Assembly: GCA_041389025.1 (NCBI GenBank)
Contig: JAWKSP010000002.1
Span: 105,279 to 169,278 of the forward strand
DNA: 64,000 bases
From: Minisyncoccota bacterium
GTDB taxonomy: Bacteria > Patescibacteriota > Minisyncoccia > Phycocordibacterales > UBA918
Reading direction: 5' to 3'
Shown here: piece after piece, positions 1-9,438 of the stretch
Layout: every line of letters begins with the position of its first letter
How positions within the stretch are numbered: position 1 is the first letter of the stretch
The notes under the pieces: model-generated
What the model saw: only the letters and a program-made list of their open reading frames with translations
Database searches by the model: none
What the model was told of the DNA's origin: nothing
Program-made: the position numbers and the translations under genes

Positions 1-1141
1 TCTTAATCTGATCGCTAGTTAGAGGCACTCCAAAACCGGACATTAATATTTCGGCAGTTGTTATTTGCTCACTACCTGCAACACCTTCACTATCAACCTG
101 TTTTGTTTTTTGATTTTTTATATCTTTGTTGGGTTTTTCCTCAACATTTATATCTGCCTCACTACTTGAAGCTACGTTACTGGTTGTGTTAGTCGCAACA
201 TCCTCCTTAGTCACCACAATCGGACTAGTTGAAGCGGCATTTAAAAATTCTTGTTCATCGATTTCTTCGTCATCAATTCCATTTTCATTTATTAGCACTT
301 CATTGTCCGACTTACTTTCTTCCTCAGATTCAGACAAAGTGTCTTTTTTCTCCTCTGTTACCAAAGATTCTGATGGTTCAGACTTAGGTTTTATCTCAGA
401 TTCTTCAGTAGGTTCAGTTTCCTCATCAGATTGGCTATTTTCAACTTCTTCAGTAACCAACTCTTGTAACAACGGATACCTGTGTTTAGCATCAACAAAC
501 ACACCCCAAACTAAACTGTTGTTTTGGATAAATGAAACCTCACTGTCAACTATATCTTTATCACTTTCTTCAGATACCTGTTCAGGCTCTTGTTCAGGTT
601 CAAGTTCCGTTTCTAATTTCTCTGTGTCAGGATCCGGATTCGACACATCCTCATTTAAATCATTATTAAAAGCGTTATCCTCATCGACTTCGGTAGTTTC
701 TTCCAAATCAACAGATTCTAAAGACTCTCCAGAGTCGTGATCCATTTCTGTATCAATAGTACTTGTACTTTTTTCACTGGTTGTTGAATTGTTATTATCA
801 TTTGTTACGTCAATCCCACTTACAGTTTGCGGAGTTTTTTCTTTTTGTTTAAGAACATTTTTTTCTTGTTTAACTTCCTCTTTTTGTTCCACTGTAGTAT
901 ATAAAAATGCTGAATTCTTTTTCGAAAATTCTTGATACAAAGCGTATTCAGAAACATCTTGTTCATAGATATGTTCAATATTTGACCAAGTTGTTGACGT
1001 TATTGAATCAGGAATTACTTTCAATGTCTCAGACACAAATTCTGTTTTTGCCACTGAGCCATAAGCAAACAACCCTGCACACAAACCAAGCAGTAGCAAA
1101 ATCACCGATACGAATTTTTTATGTATCTTTATATGTGTCAT
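1..1141 (-). CDS. Large secreted acidic surface protein, N-terminal part (runs off window start)
   Basis: Not in ORF track. ATG at 1141 reads MTHIKIHKKFVSVILLLLGLCAGLFAYGSVAKTEF... (signal/TM), then Glu/Ser/Thr-rich sequence; same frame is open at the window edge. Confidence 0.8.
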   Translation of the reverse strand, partial: MTHIKIHKKFVSVILLLLGLCAGLFAYGSVAKTEFVSETLKVIPDSITSTTWSNIEHIYEQDVSEYALYQEFSKKNSAFLYTTVEQKEEVKQEKNVLKQKEKTPQTVSGIDVTNDNNNSTTSEKSTSTIDTEMDHDSGESLESVDLEETTEVDEDNAFNNDLNEDVSNPDPDTEKLETELEPEQEPEQVSEESDKDIVDSEVSFIQNNSLVWGVFVDAKHRYPLLQELVTEEVENSQSDEETEPTEESEIKPKSEPSESLVTEEKKDTLSESEEESKSDNEVLINENGIDDEEIDEQEFLNAASTSPIVVTKEDVATNTTSNVASSSEADINVEEKPNKDIKNQKTKQVDSEGVAGSEQITTAEILMSGFGVPLTSDQIK

Positions 1142-1195
1142 TTAGTATTACAAACCAAACCCTATTTCATAAGTTAGAAATCGGGCTATTATATT

Positions 1196-1228
1196 ATAAC
1201 GCGCCAGTCTTTTAGACTGGCGCGTTAT
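1196..1228. terminator. Intrinsic terminator-like hairpin
   Basis: ataacgcgccagtct-ttt-agactggcgcgttat just downstream of the cohesin gene. Confidence 0.7.
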
Positions 1229-1258
1229 TAGTTATTTTTTGTGGATTTGTCTGTTTTT

Positions 1259-2824
1259 CTACTTCAAGATCGTCTTTACATCATTAATTTCTTTTTCTAT
1301 CAATGTCTCGGATACCTCCAAAGCTTGGTTCAATCCCTCCACCGCTTCTTTCTCATTTTTAGAAAGACGTTTTCGTTTAGTAATAGTATTTATTTGGTCA
1401 TAAATTTCGTCTCTTAAGGCTGAGAATATTTTTTCCATTTGATCCTGTATTTCTCTAGTTTCCTTTCTTAATTTTTCTTCTTTAAGTTTGATTTGTTTTC
1501 GTTCGTACCAAATGTAAATACTTTGTAGAATGATAATTAATATCAGGAAGAAAATCAAAACATTTATTGGCGTAATATAGCTAAGCAAACTCTTATTTTC
1601 CTCGACCTCAAACGGCTTTATCCAGCCAGCCGTTATCAGTACTGCTTTTGTACTTTCGGTTTTGTTTCCGGCCATATCATAGGCGGTGACTTTTACAGTG
1701 TAAGTACCATCTTCAAGCTCCTTTAGTAGATAACCCAACTTTGCTTCATCAGGAGTAACAGTGACTGGCTCCTTATCGGCAATAGTCATTTCATAGTAGT
1801 CAATGCCTGAAGTTTCATCCATTGCTTCAAATTCAATTGTTGGGAATGATGAAGGTGTGGTTCCGGTTTTTACCGCTATGACAAAGGGCTCCGGTGATCT
1901 GGTGTCTATCTGAAGTTTTCTATTCGTTACCGCACCCCAACCTACTTGGTTTTTGAAGTTTACACTTATATACTGCACACCTTCCACCAAATCTTCTTTA
2001 GTTACCCTAAATTCATCTATCGGAGGATCATAAACAACGTTATTATTTAGTTCAGGTTTATTTTCAGCAGAAGTGGCAATTTCTACCGCTACTTCAGTTA
2101 CATCAAACGGTAATGTCCAATTAAACACTCCTTCAGTGCTTGAATACCAAACCTCGGGATCCAAGAAAGCTTGTGAACCTACCTCAGGCGCTCTTGGTGG
2201 ATCTCCAAAAACAATCGCCTCATCATCATTTTCATTTAAACTAGCTGGAGCCGAAGTTTGAGTCGGTACAGGCTCTGGTGTTGGTGCCGGAACCGGAGCC
2301 TGAGCCAAAGAAACGGTATATGAAGCTGGAACACCAGATTTATACACATCGGTTCCTTGTCCGTCTGCAGCCAAAACAGAGGCATCAGAGAAAGTTACTT
2401 TACCATTTCCTTCACTAACTGTTCGCCAAGTGATAGTTACCAAATTTGATGCTGTAGAAAATGGAGTTGGACTTCCACCACCAAAAGAGACAGTACCGGC
2501 ACTATTAGAAAAAGTCGGCTCAACTGTCCAAAGAGAAAAGGCTGAGCCATTTTTGTTTACATTAACTACCGATAAGGTAGCTGGATCGAATTTCAAAGTA
2601 GCTTCAACAGCGTTAATTTTTTGACCAGAGGGCAGAACTTTAACTACAGTAGTAAAAGTTTGTCCTGCTGAGTAGGAACCACTAGCCGGAGAAACCTCCA
2701 AGGTAGCAGCTGATGCAAAGTCAAACCACAGAAAAGACAAAACAACAAAAACAATGACTTTGAGAGAAATTACTGTATTTAAATTTATTTTATCAAAAAT
2801 CATAATTAGACTATTTATTTGCAA
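1259..2824 (-). CDS. Cohesin-domain membrane protein (signal peptide, cohesin-like domain, Pro-rich linker, Ig-like domain, TM, coiled-coil tail)
   Basis: GQTFTTVVKV...INAVEATLKFDPATLSVV pattern is cohesin-like; C-terminal TM followed by charged helix. Confidence 0.7.
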   Translation of the reverse strand: MQINSLIMIFDKINLNTVISLKVIVFVVLSFLWFDFASAATLEVSPASGSYSAGQTFTTVVKVLPSGQKINAVEATLKFDPATLSVVNVNKNGSAFSLWTVEPTFSNSAGTVSFGGGSPTPFSTASNLVTITWRTVSEGNGKVTFSDASVLAADGQGTDVYKSGVPASYTVSLAQAPVPAPTPEPVPTQTSAPASLNENDDEAIVFGDPPRAPEVGSQAFLDPEVWYSSTEGVFNWTLPFDVTEVAVEIATSAENKPELNNNVVYDPPIDEFRVTKEDLVEGVQYISVNFKNQVGWGAVTNRKLQIDTRSPEPFVIAVKTGTTPSSFPTIEFEAMDETSGIDYYEMTIADKEPVTVTPDEAKLGYLLKELEDGTYTVKVTAYDMAGNKTESTKAVLITAGWIKPFEVEENKSLLSYITPINVLIFFLILIIILQSIYIWYERKQIKLKEEKLRKETREIQDQMEKIFSALRDEIYDQINTITKRKRLSKNEKEAVEGLNQALEVSETLIEKEINDVKTILK

Positions 2825-3281
2825 AAGTTCTTCTTTCTTGTTTTATTTTCAATTTTACTTTTTCCTTCTCGGTTGGTTTTAGTAAAGGTAAAATTAAAAT
2901 TAAGACTCCATTCTTGATTTTTGCTTCCGCTTTTTCAATATTTACACTTTCAGGTAGAATAATTCTTCGATAAAAATCTCCCCAAGTGCATTCTTCAGCA
3001 AAGTACGAGCCGGCTTCTCTTTTTTTTGTAAACACAAGGTACTCTGGCCTAACACGCCTGCCTTCAATCAAAACGATATCAGCATCTCCTTCAATAGACA
3101 CATTTATATCATTCATGTCGGCTCCTGATGCTTGGGCATAAATAATAACCGATCGTTCAGTTTGATAAACATCCACATTTAACTGAGCAACTTTATCGAC
3201 CGCTGTTTCCTCAGAATCAGACTGTAAAGAAGCCTGCTCAGAACGAACTCCTCTGTTTTTTAATCTTTGCAGAAATGACAT
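2811..3281 (-). CDS. Hsp20/alpha-crystallin small heat-shock protein
   Basis: VDVYQT...GDFYRRIILP...AKIKNGVLILILP motifs. Confidence 0.9.
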   Translation of the reverse strand: MSFLQRLKNRGVRSEQASLQSDSEETAVDKVAQLNVDVYQTERSVIIYAQASGADMNDINVSIEGDADIVLIEGRRVRPEYLVFTKKREAGSYFAEECTWGDFYRRIILPESVNIEKAEAKIKNGVLILILPLLKPTEKEKVKLKIKQERRTFANK

Positions 3282-3352
3282 ATTCGTTACTTATTATAGT
3301 ACATAGAATTTATATGTTTTGTTTGACTTGGGGATTTGTTTCATTTTCTTCA

Positions 3353-5161
3353 CTAACCGGTCCAATTAAATAAAAGAATCGAAAAGTCGGTTAGATTTAC
3401 TTTTCCGTCACTGTTTAGATCGGCCGTCGTTGGTTTGTCGGCCTTTTGACCAATTCCATAGAATAGATAATCGGAAAAGCCGGCCTTGCTACCATCCGAT
3501 TGCTCAGCTTTTGCTCTGACTTTATACGTACCTGTATTGAAATCAGTAGCATCTAGAGTTGTTTTCCATGCGCCATTTGAGTCAGCTGTAACATTGATAG
3601 TTTTTAAACTTGGAGCTGATTTATCTTTCATGTTTTCAATCGTTACCTCAGAACTAGCCAAGGCGTAACCACTTATCTCAAAAGTTTGACCAGACTGAAC
3701 TGGGTCTGGATCAACTCTTATTGTTGGAGTAACAACAATATTTGAAAGAGAAGTTGTTCTGGCACCGGAAACTGTAAACGAAGTATTGAAGGTTGAAGAC
3801 TTTGTGTCATTTTTATCCAATACATAAACACCAAAGGTGTATACACCTCGGGCTATTTCATCTAGAGTTACAGAAAATATTCCATCTGCATTACCTTTCT
3901 TAGTTGCAACTTCAGTTCCATCGACCAAAGCTACTATAGTTGAATTCGGATAAGCCTTTCCGGAAATAATAACTCTACCATCACCACTTCTATAAGGTCC
4001 TTCGGATGACTCAAAACCACCACCACCGGAACTACCGCTACCGCCACCAGACCCACCACCACCACCACCACCGGAACCTCCAGAACCTGAATCACCACCA
4101 GAAGTTGGTTTTTCGCCGTCTGACGAACCTGATGTTCCTCCACTACCATCACCACTTCCGGTACCGTCATCACCACTTCCGGTACCATCACCTTCAGTTT
4201 CTCCTTCGGTATTTGAAGTTCCGGTTGGAATATCCGTCACTTGAAATTGTATAAGATAGTCATCAATATTAAAGTTTCCTTCATCATCAATACACCTAAC
4301 GTAAAATGATTGAGTGGAGTTTGGTGTGACAGAAACCACTGTAGTGTGGTAAATCAAACCGGTATTGGAAAAACCGTTGATCATAGAAGCATAGTCAGTT
4401 CCCGGAACGGTGTCGTATCGACAGAAAGCAAACTCGTCGGTTTCCAAAAATATTTCCACACTTTGTGTTACACCGGTAACTGTGGAAGATGGAGCTCCGT
4501 TAAAACGGTATGGGGGGATTTCCTCAGTAGTATCAATCGGACCCACTCCAATCTGACTTATCAGTGCGATAACGGGTTTAGCGCTAGCTACCAAACTACC
4601 ATCGTATATGTTTAAAGTCATTTTTTTTGTTCCCACCGTATCCGCATTCACAATCGGAACTATATCCGCCGGCGTAGTGGTAGTGCCGGTTGAGGTACTA
4701 TAAGTAACACTAAAGTTATTTGCCTTTGACGTATGATTGCCAATCATTAATTTTAATTGTGAGTCAGCTGATATTCCACTCGAGGTATTTAAAGTATACT
4801 TGATAAGGCCTGGTGTACCAGAAAAAATCTCTACCCCATCACTACTAGCCGACCGTGTAGCCGAAGAATTTCGCAGTACCTCGTCAACATAAAGTTCCAC
4901 GTTTCGATCAGCTGAAAATGTTGATGTGCCTAACGTTTCAAAACCAGTCGGCGGCACCACTTCAATGTAACTATTTGGTCCAATTCCGGTTTTTAATGTA
5001 AAAGAAATCGTGTGATTTGCAGCTTGGTCAGGAGCAGAGTTAGAAATTACATTTTTATAATTAATTATATTGGCGGCATTGACTTGTTCTGTTGAAAAAA
5101 ATAAGAACAAAAAACCAAAAACCAACCCAAGGAGATAAGTTTTTTTTAAAAACCAGTTCAT
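3353..5161 (-). CDS. Secreted multi-domain protein with Gly-rich linker, Ig-like domains and C-terminal dockerin-like motif
   Basis: Signal peptide; GGSGGG linker with 21-nt tandem repeat near 4148-4189; terminal ADLNSDGKVNLTDFSILL EF-hand/dockerin repeat. Confidence 0.7.
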   Translation of the reverse strand: MNWFLKKTYLLGLVFGFLFLFFSTEQVNAANIINYKNVISNSAPDQAANHTISFTLKTGIGPNSYIEVVPPTGFETLGTSTFSADRNVELYVDEVLRNSSATRSASSDGVEIFSGTPGLIKYTLNTSSGISADSQLKLMIGNHTSKANNFSVTYSTSTGTTTTPADIVPIVNADTVGTKKMTLNIYDGSLVASAKPVIALISQIGVGPIDTTEEIPPYRFNGAPSSTVTGVTQSVEIFLETDEFAFCRYDTVPGTDYASMINGFSNTGLIYHTTVVSVTPNSTQSFYVRCIDDEGNFNIDDYLIQFQVTDIPTGTSNTEGETEGDGTGSGDDGTGSGDGSGGTSGSSDGEKPTSGGDSGSGGSGGGGGGGSGGGSGSSGGGGFESSEGPYRSGDGRVIISGKAYPNSTIVALVDGTEVATKKGNADGIFSVTLDEIARGVYTFGVYVLDKNDTKSSTFNTSFTVSGARTTSLSNIVVTPTIRVDPDPVQSGQTFEISGYALASSEVTIENMKDKSAPSLKTINVTADSNGAWKTTLDATDFNTGTYKVRAKAEQSDGSKAGFSDYLFYGIGQKADKPTTADLNSDGKVNLTDFSILLFNWTG

Positions 5162-5266
5162 TTAGATGATTATACATTTAAATGAACTGCAAAATAAGTC
5201 GTGTTACACACAGGAAAAATCACGACAAATAAATTTGCCATAATTTTTGACAACCGATGATTTCAA

Positions 5267-5880
5267 GTGACAAACCACCGGGACTAAGGTCCGGTGGCTT
5301 CTTAATAGCTGGCGATGCCAGCATCACTTAAAGAGGTTAAATAGAGATGGTTGTTCTAGTTGATTCTTATCGTACTGATGACGTACATAACGTCGTATTA
5401 AGTGTTCGTCTAGTCCGATACTGGAGACAAAGTATCCTCTAGCCCAGAGTGAACCTCTATCATAGAGCTTATCGATGTTTTTAACTTTCTTTTTCATCCA
5501 AGCTGATGATTTACCTTTAATTATCTGCGTTACGTACGATATGGAATATCTAGGTTATGTGAGTAGTATAAGATGAATATGATCGTCTTGTATATTTAAC
5601 TCTATAATCTCCCACTGTTTCCATTTGCATATTTGATTAATAACTCTTGTTACTTCTTGTTTTATCTTTGGTTTATCCAGTACCTTACCTCGGTACTTTG
5701 GTGTCCAGACGATATGATATTTTAGATCGTAGAAACAGTGTGATAATGTTCTAATGGTATGTTTGTGGTATGACATACGTATTATGATATTAAGCGAATA
5801 AGTCCTTCCTTTCGGAATGGACTTATTCGTTATACGACGTTGTCTTTAAACGTACACCCCAGTGAGACTGGGGGTTTTTA
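5267..5880 (-). mobile_element. IS200/IS605-family insertion sequence (tnpA only)
   Basis: Y1 transposase flanked by subterminal hairpins ccaccgg...ccggtgg (5274-5297) and ccccagt-gag-actgggg (~5857-5873), plus a 5' leader hairpin at ~5795-5830; ends approximate. Confidence 0.85.
5324..5776 (-). pseudogene. tnpA: IS200-family Y1 transposase with internal nonsense codon
   Basis: YHIVWTPKYR and DHIH (HUH) motifs; TAA at 5555-5557, then the same frame continues PRYSISYVTQIIKGKSS...LWARGYFVSSIG...RRYVRHQ to TGA at 5324. Confidence 0.92.
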
Positions 5881-5928
5881 GGGTTAATGAACTACCCTAA
5901 TGCAGAGCATGCGGGGTAAAGATGGAAT

Positions 5929-7695
5929 CTAATCCAATAAAAAACCTCCGGATTGATGTTGCCACAATTTAGCATATACTCCGTTTGCATCTTTAAGTTC
6001 GGTGTGTTTCCCGTCTTCAATTATTTTCCCTTCTTCCAAAACAATTATTCGGTCCATTTCCCTTAAAGTAGAAAGTCTGTGAGCAATGGCAATTACTGTT
6101 TTCCCTTCCATCAGATTATGAAGAGCTTTTTGTATAAGAATTTCACTTTCACTATCGAGAGCTGAGGTGGCCTCATCTAATATAAGTATTGGAGCGTTTT
6201 TAAGCATTGCTCTAGCTATGGCTACTCGTTGTTTTTGACCACCGGACAATTTCACTCCACGCTCTCCTACCAAAGTATCATAACCCTCCGATAATTTACT
6301 GATAAATTCGTGAGCATGGGCTTGTTTCGCCACTTCGATAATCTCTTCGTCAGTAGCATTTGTATTACCGTAAGCAATATTTTCTCTTATCGTCCTATGA
6401 AACAAAGCCGGTTCTTGTGGTACCACGGCTATATTTTGCCTTAAAGAATCCTGTGTTACTTTTGAAATATCTTGTCCATCGATTTTTATTAAACCAGAAT
6501 CAACGTCATGTTGGCGTAAAAGCAATGACACAAAAGTAGACTTACCAGCTCCGGACGAACCAACCAACCCAACTCTTTGACCACCCTCTATACTTAAGTT
6601 AAAACCTGTAAAAACTTCATTATTCTCAAACTGAAACGACACGTCGTTCCAATCAATTCTTCCATTATTTACCACCATATCTGTTGCATCTTTGACATCC
6701 ACAATTTCGTGATTTACTAGTAAATCATCAAGGGCCTCCTGTAACTCACCAATTGTTTTAGCCATAGCATTAAAAGCTCTACCTATAAATATAAGTGATC
6801 CAGAAATATTAAATATTAAAGCCGCTACCATCACAAAATCACCAGTACTTATTTCTCCTAACGACCACTTGTTAGTAACTAACCAGAAAATACTAAAGGA
6901 AAAAGTAAATAATATAAAAGTATTGATAATTAATAACTTTTCTGTATAAAACCAATTATTTTTATGTGCTATCCTTCGTTTATCAGTTAATTCTTTTAAA
7001 TCATTTATCTCTTGTTCGTACTTAGTATATTGTCTAACTGCACTTATATTTGTTAATCTATCAATTATTCCTCCACCTAGTAAAGTATTAGCCTCTGAAC
7101 TTATTTTTGAAAGCCTAGTTTTCTCAGGAGCAAGTTTTTTATTTGTAAGATAAAGCACAAATATCAAAATTATGAATAAAAAAGATGATGTGCCATCTAC
7201 TGAAAATATAAGTGAAAAAGTAACTAAAAAGCCAACAAATGAAGCTAGTTGGGCCCACAAAAAATCAGGAATAATTTCATCTACAGCTCCTATAATGTTT
7301 CTCAGTTTACTTGAAATTGAACCAGCAAATCTATTCGAGTAATATGAATGACTATGTTTAAAAATATACGAATTAACGGTGTCTACAGCCGTTTTTGCAG
7401 TTTTTGTTGTCCAATTTGCAGCTACAAAACCACTTAAACGATAAGTTGCTTGTATAACAAATAATGTAAGTGGTAATACTACACCCCAAAACATTGCTGA
7501 TTTTGTATCACCTTTTTCTGCAGCATCAACTATAAGTTTAAAAATATAGCTTGTACCAGAACCAACTGAAGAAGCAATTATTACCAAAAAAATAGCCGAA
7601 AAAGCCCAAATCTTATGAGGTTTTGATGAATACACAAAAAACCGCCACGGAGTTTTGGGAATAGTATTTTCTTTTTCGTTTATTGTTTTATTCAT
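5929..7695 (-). CDS. ABC exporter, fused permease/ATPase (MsbA-like)
   Basis: TM domain plus GSSGAGKS, LSGGQKQR, LILDEATSALD; likely start at MNKT (7695). Confidence 0.93.
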   Translation of the reverse strand: MNKTINEKENTIPKTPWRFFVYSSKPHKIWAFSAIFLVIIASSVGSGTSYIFKLIVDAAEKGDTKSAMFWGVVLPLTLFVIQATYRLSGFVAANWTTKTAKTAVDTVNSYIFKHSHSYYSNRFAGSISSKLRNIIGAVDEIIPDFLWAQLASFVGFLVTFSLIFSVDGTSSFLFIILIFVLYLTNKKLAPEKTRLSKISSEANTLLGGGIIDRLTNISAVRQYTKYEQEINDLKELTDKRRIAHKNNWFYTEKLLIINTFILFTFSFSIFWLVTNKWSLGEISTGDFVMVAALIFNISGSLIFIGRAFNAMAKTIGELQEALDDLLVNHEIVDVKDATDMVVNNGRIDWNDVSFQFENNEVFTGFNLSIEGGQRVGLVGSSGAGKSTFVSLLLRQHDVDSGLIKIDGQDISKVTQDSLRQNIAVVPQEPALFHRTIRENIAYGNTNATDEEIIEVAKQAHAHEFISKLSEGYDTLVGERGVKLSGGQKQRVAIARAMLKNAPILILDEATSALDSESEILIQKALHNLMEGKTVIAIAHRLSTLREMDRIIVLEEGKIIEDGKHTELKDANGVYAKLWQHQSGGFLLD

Positions 7696-7793
7696 AAAGT
7701 AAATTAACGCCTTAATCAGCGCTATTTTAATATACACGTATAAAATAAGTAATTCTTACCAAATTAATTTACTAATACAGTATTTTGAACATT

Positions 7794-8204
7794 TTAAGCC
7801 TCAGTTTTTAAAATAGGACGTGCTCGCAAATAATCCAAAATATAATTAAGAACAATTAGAACCAATAAAATAAACAATATTATACTTAAAATCAAGGTGG
7901 AACGGTCAGTTGCTGAGGCGTTTTGTTCACCTTCAGTATTACCAATATTTACTGCTATTAGTCTATCTTTGGCTTCAACTTCTTGTTCCAACTCCGTAAT
8001 CCTAGCTGTTAGTTGATTTACTTGAGTTGGTGCTACACCAACTCTCACTCCTACTGCTTGCGCCAAATAATCTTGTGTTCCAGTGGATAAAGTTCTTGTT
8101 TTTTCAGAAATAATCCCACTATCAAATACCAACAGGAAAGCAAATACCACCACTGCTATCCGTAGAAAACTATGATAAGTAGAATGCTCTATGCTATTTT
8201 TCAT
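7794..8204 (-). CDS. Hypothetical two-TM protein with coiled coil
   Basis: Two hydrophobic helices flanking QLTARITELEQEVEAK. Confidence 0.75.
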   Translation of the reverse strand: MKNSIEHSTYHSFLRIAVVVFAFLLVFDSGIISEKTRTLSTGTQDYLAQAVGVRVGVAPTQVNQLTARITELEQEVEAKDRLIAVNIGNTEGEQNASATDRSTLILSIILFILLVLIVLNYILDYLRARPILKTEA

Positions 8205-8223
8205 TAGTACTATTTTACCACTA

Positions 8224-9321
8224 TTAAGAGAATAATAAGAGTAAAATTATCATCAAAAGTGCCGTGATAACCAACATAGTAACAAACACCAACAAAACCG
8301 GGAATTGTGTATTCTTATGTCGTCGACTAACAAGACGTCTAGTCGAACCTCCGGTCATGACAGCTACTGTTCTTTTAATATAAATTTTAACCCCAAAATA
8401 CACTACTAGGAAAAATACGAGTAGACCAACCAGAGCCGGACCAACTATTTTCATTGGTAAAACCCAAAAAGTAACTGTACTGGTCATGGTTTTCATAGCT
8501 CCGGCATCGCCATATACAGCACTTAAAACAGCTTCATATCGTCCAAAACCAGGTGTCTCGTCTTGCCAATTTATTTCATAGTCTCTGACGGTCGGTCCGT
8601 TTTTAGTCATTGGAAATACCCCAGCTCCGTTCTCATTAAAGGTTATATTAGCTACTTGTTTTCCAAACATATTTGTCACTTCCAACGGTCCGATTGGCTT
8701 TACCAAAGTATTACCTTCATTTTCAATCCTGACTAAAAAATTTACATCAATACTCGAGTGTATATACTTTTCAGTTGAAAACTGTCTTATTTGTGCGGAC
8801 TCTACAACCTCTCCAGCGATGCGCATGCTTATTATATTTGCCACCTCATAACCGATACTGGCTCCACTAGAACGCATTTCAGGAGGTTCTACCGAAACCA
8901 CAATTGCACCAAAGTGTCCACCGGGAGTAGCGTCTTCCGGTGCCTGTAGGACAAAGGGTACAGCTCGTGCTTCTCCAGCTGGTATAAACACAGAGTCTTG
9001 CTCTAAGGTAATCCATTCACTAAGTTCATATCCGCTACGCTCTGTTTTTGAGTTTGCAAAAACTGGAACGCCACCCGGAGCAACATCAACGATATCTCTT
9101 CTTGATAAATAAAAAGTCTGATCGATACCACTTAGGTTACTAACTGAAACAGAAAAAGATCTGGTTTCACCCGGCTCCAACTTATCAGTTATACTAGCCG
9201 GTTTTATACCAACACCAGCTTCCTCTTGTGCGCTTACAATACTAATAAATGAAACAAATAATAAAAAAATAATTACCGCCAACCTAAATGTAATAGTGGC
9301 AAAATGATGTGCAAAATTCAT
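8224..9321 (-). CDS. DUF916/DUF3324-like (WxL-interacting protein-like) membrane-anchored protein
   Basis: LEPGETRSFSVSVSN, PEDATPGGHFGAI, ENEGNTLVKP motifs; two C-terminal TMs. Confidence 0.65.
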   Translation of the reverse strand: MNFAHHFATITFRLAVIIFLLFVSFISIVSAQEEAGVGIKPASITDKLEPGETRSFSVSVSNLSGIDQTFYLSRRDIVDVAPGGVPVFANSKTERSGYELSEWITLEQDSVFIPAGEARAVPFVLQAPEDATPGGHFGAIVVSVEPPEMRSSGASIGYEVANIISMRIAGEVVESAQIRQFSTEKYIHSSIDVNFLVRIENEGNTLVKPIGPLEVTNMFGKQVANITFNENGAGVFPMTKNGPTVRDYEINWQDETPGFGRYEAVLSAVYGDAGAMKTMTSTVTFWVLPMKIVGPALVGLLVFFLVVYFGVKIYIKRTVAVMTGGSTRRLVSRRHKNTQFPVLLVFVTMLVITALLMIILLLLFS

Positions 9322-9379
9322 AATTAAAACACATATATAATATCATTTGACTGTATAAAAAAATAAAACAAATTAACAG

Positions 9380-9429
9380 TTTACCAAATAAAAAACCACC
9401 AATAATATGGTGGTTTTTTATTTGGTAAA
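9380..9429. terminator. Long perfect hairpin (22-bp stem) after the WxL-like gene
   Basis: tttaccaaataaaaaaccacca-ataata-tggtggttttttatttggtaaa. Confidence 0.75.
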
Positions 9430-9438
9430 TGAAATTTA

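Noticed and set aside
126-740. Ser-rich plus-strand ORF (also 907-1215)
   Set aside because: Antisense shadow of the acidic minus-strand gene 1-1141
4006-4254. His-rich plus-strand ORF
   Set aside because: Antisense reading of the poly-Gly (GGT) linker
5555-5557. Stop-codon reassignment explaining the tnpA internal stop
   Set aside because: The stop is TAA, which ends many genes here; TGA is also used as a normal stop
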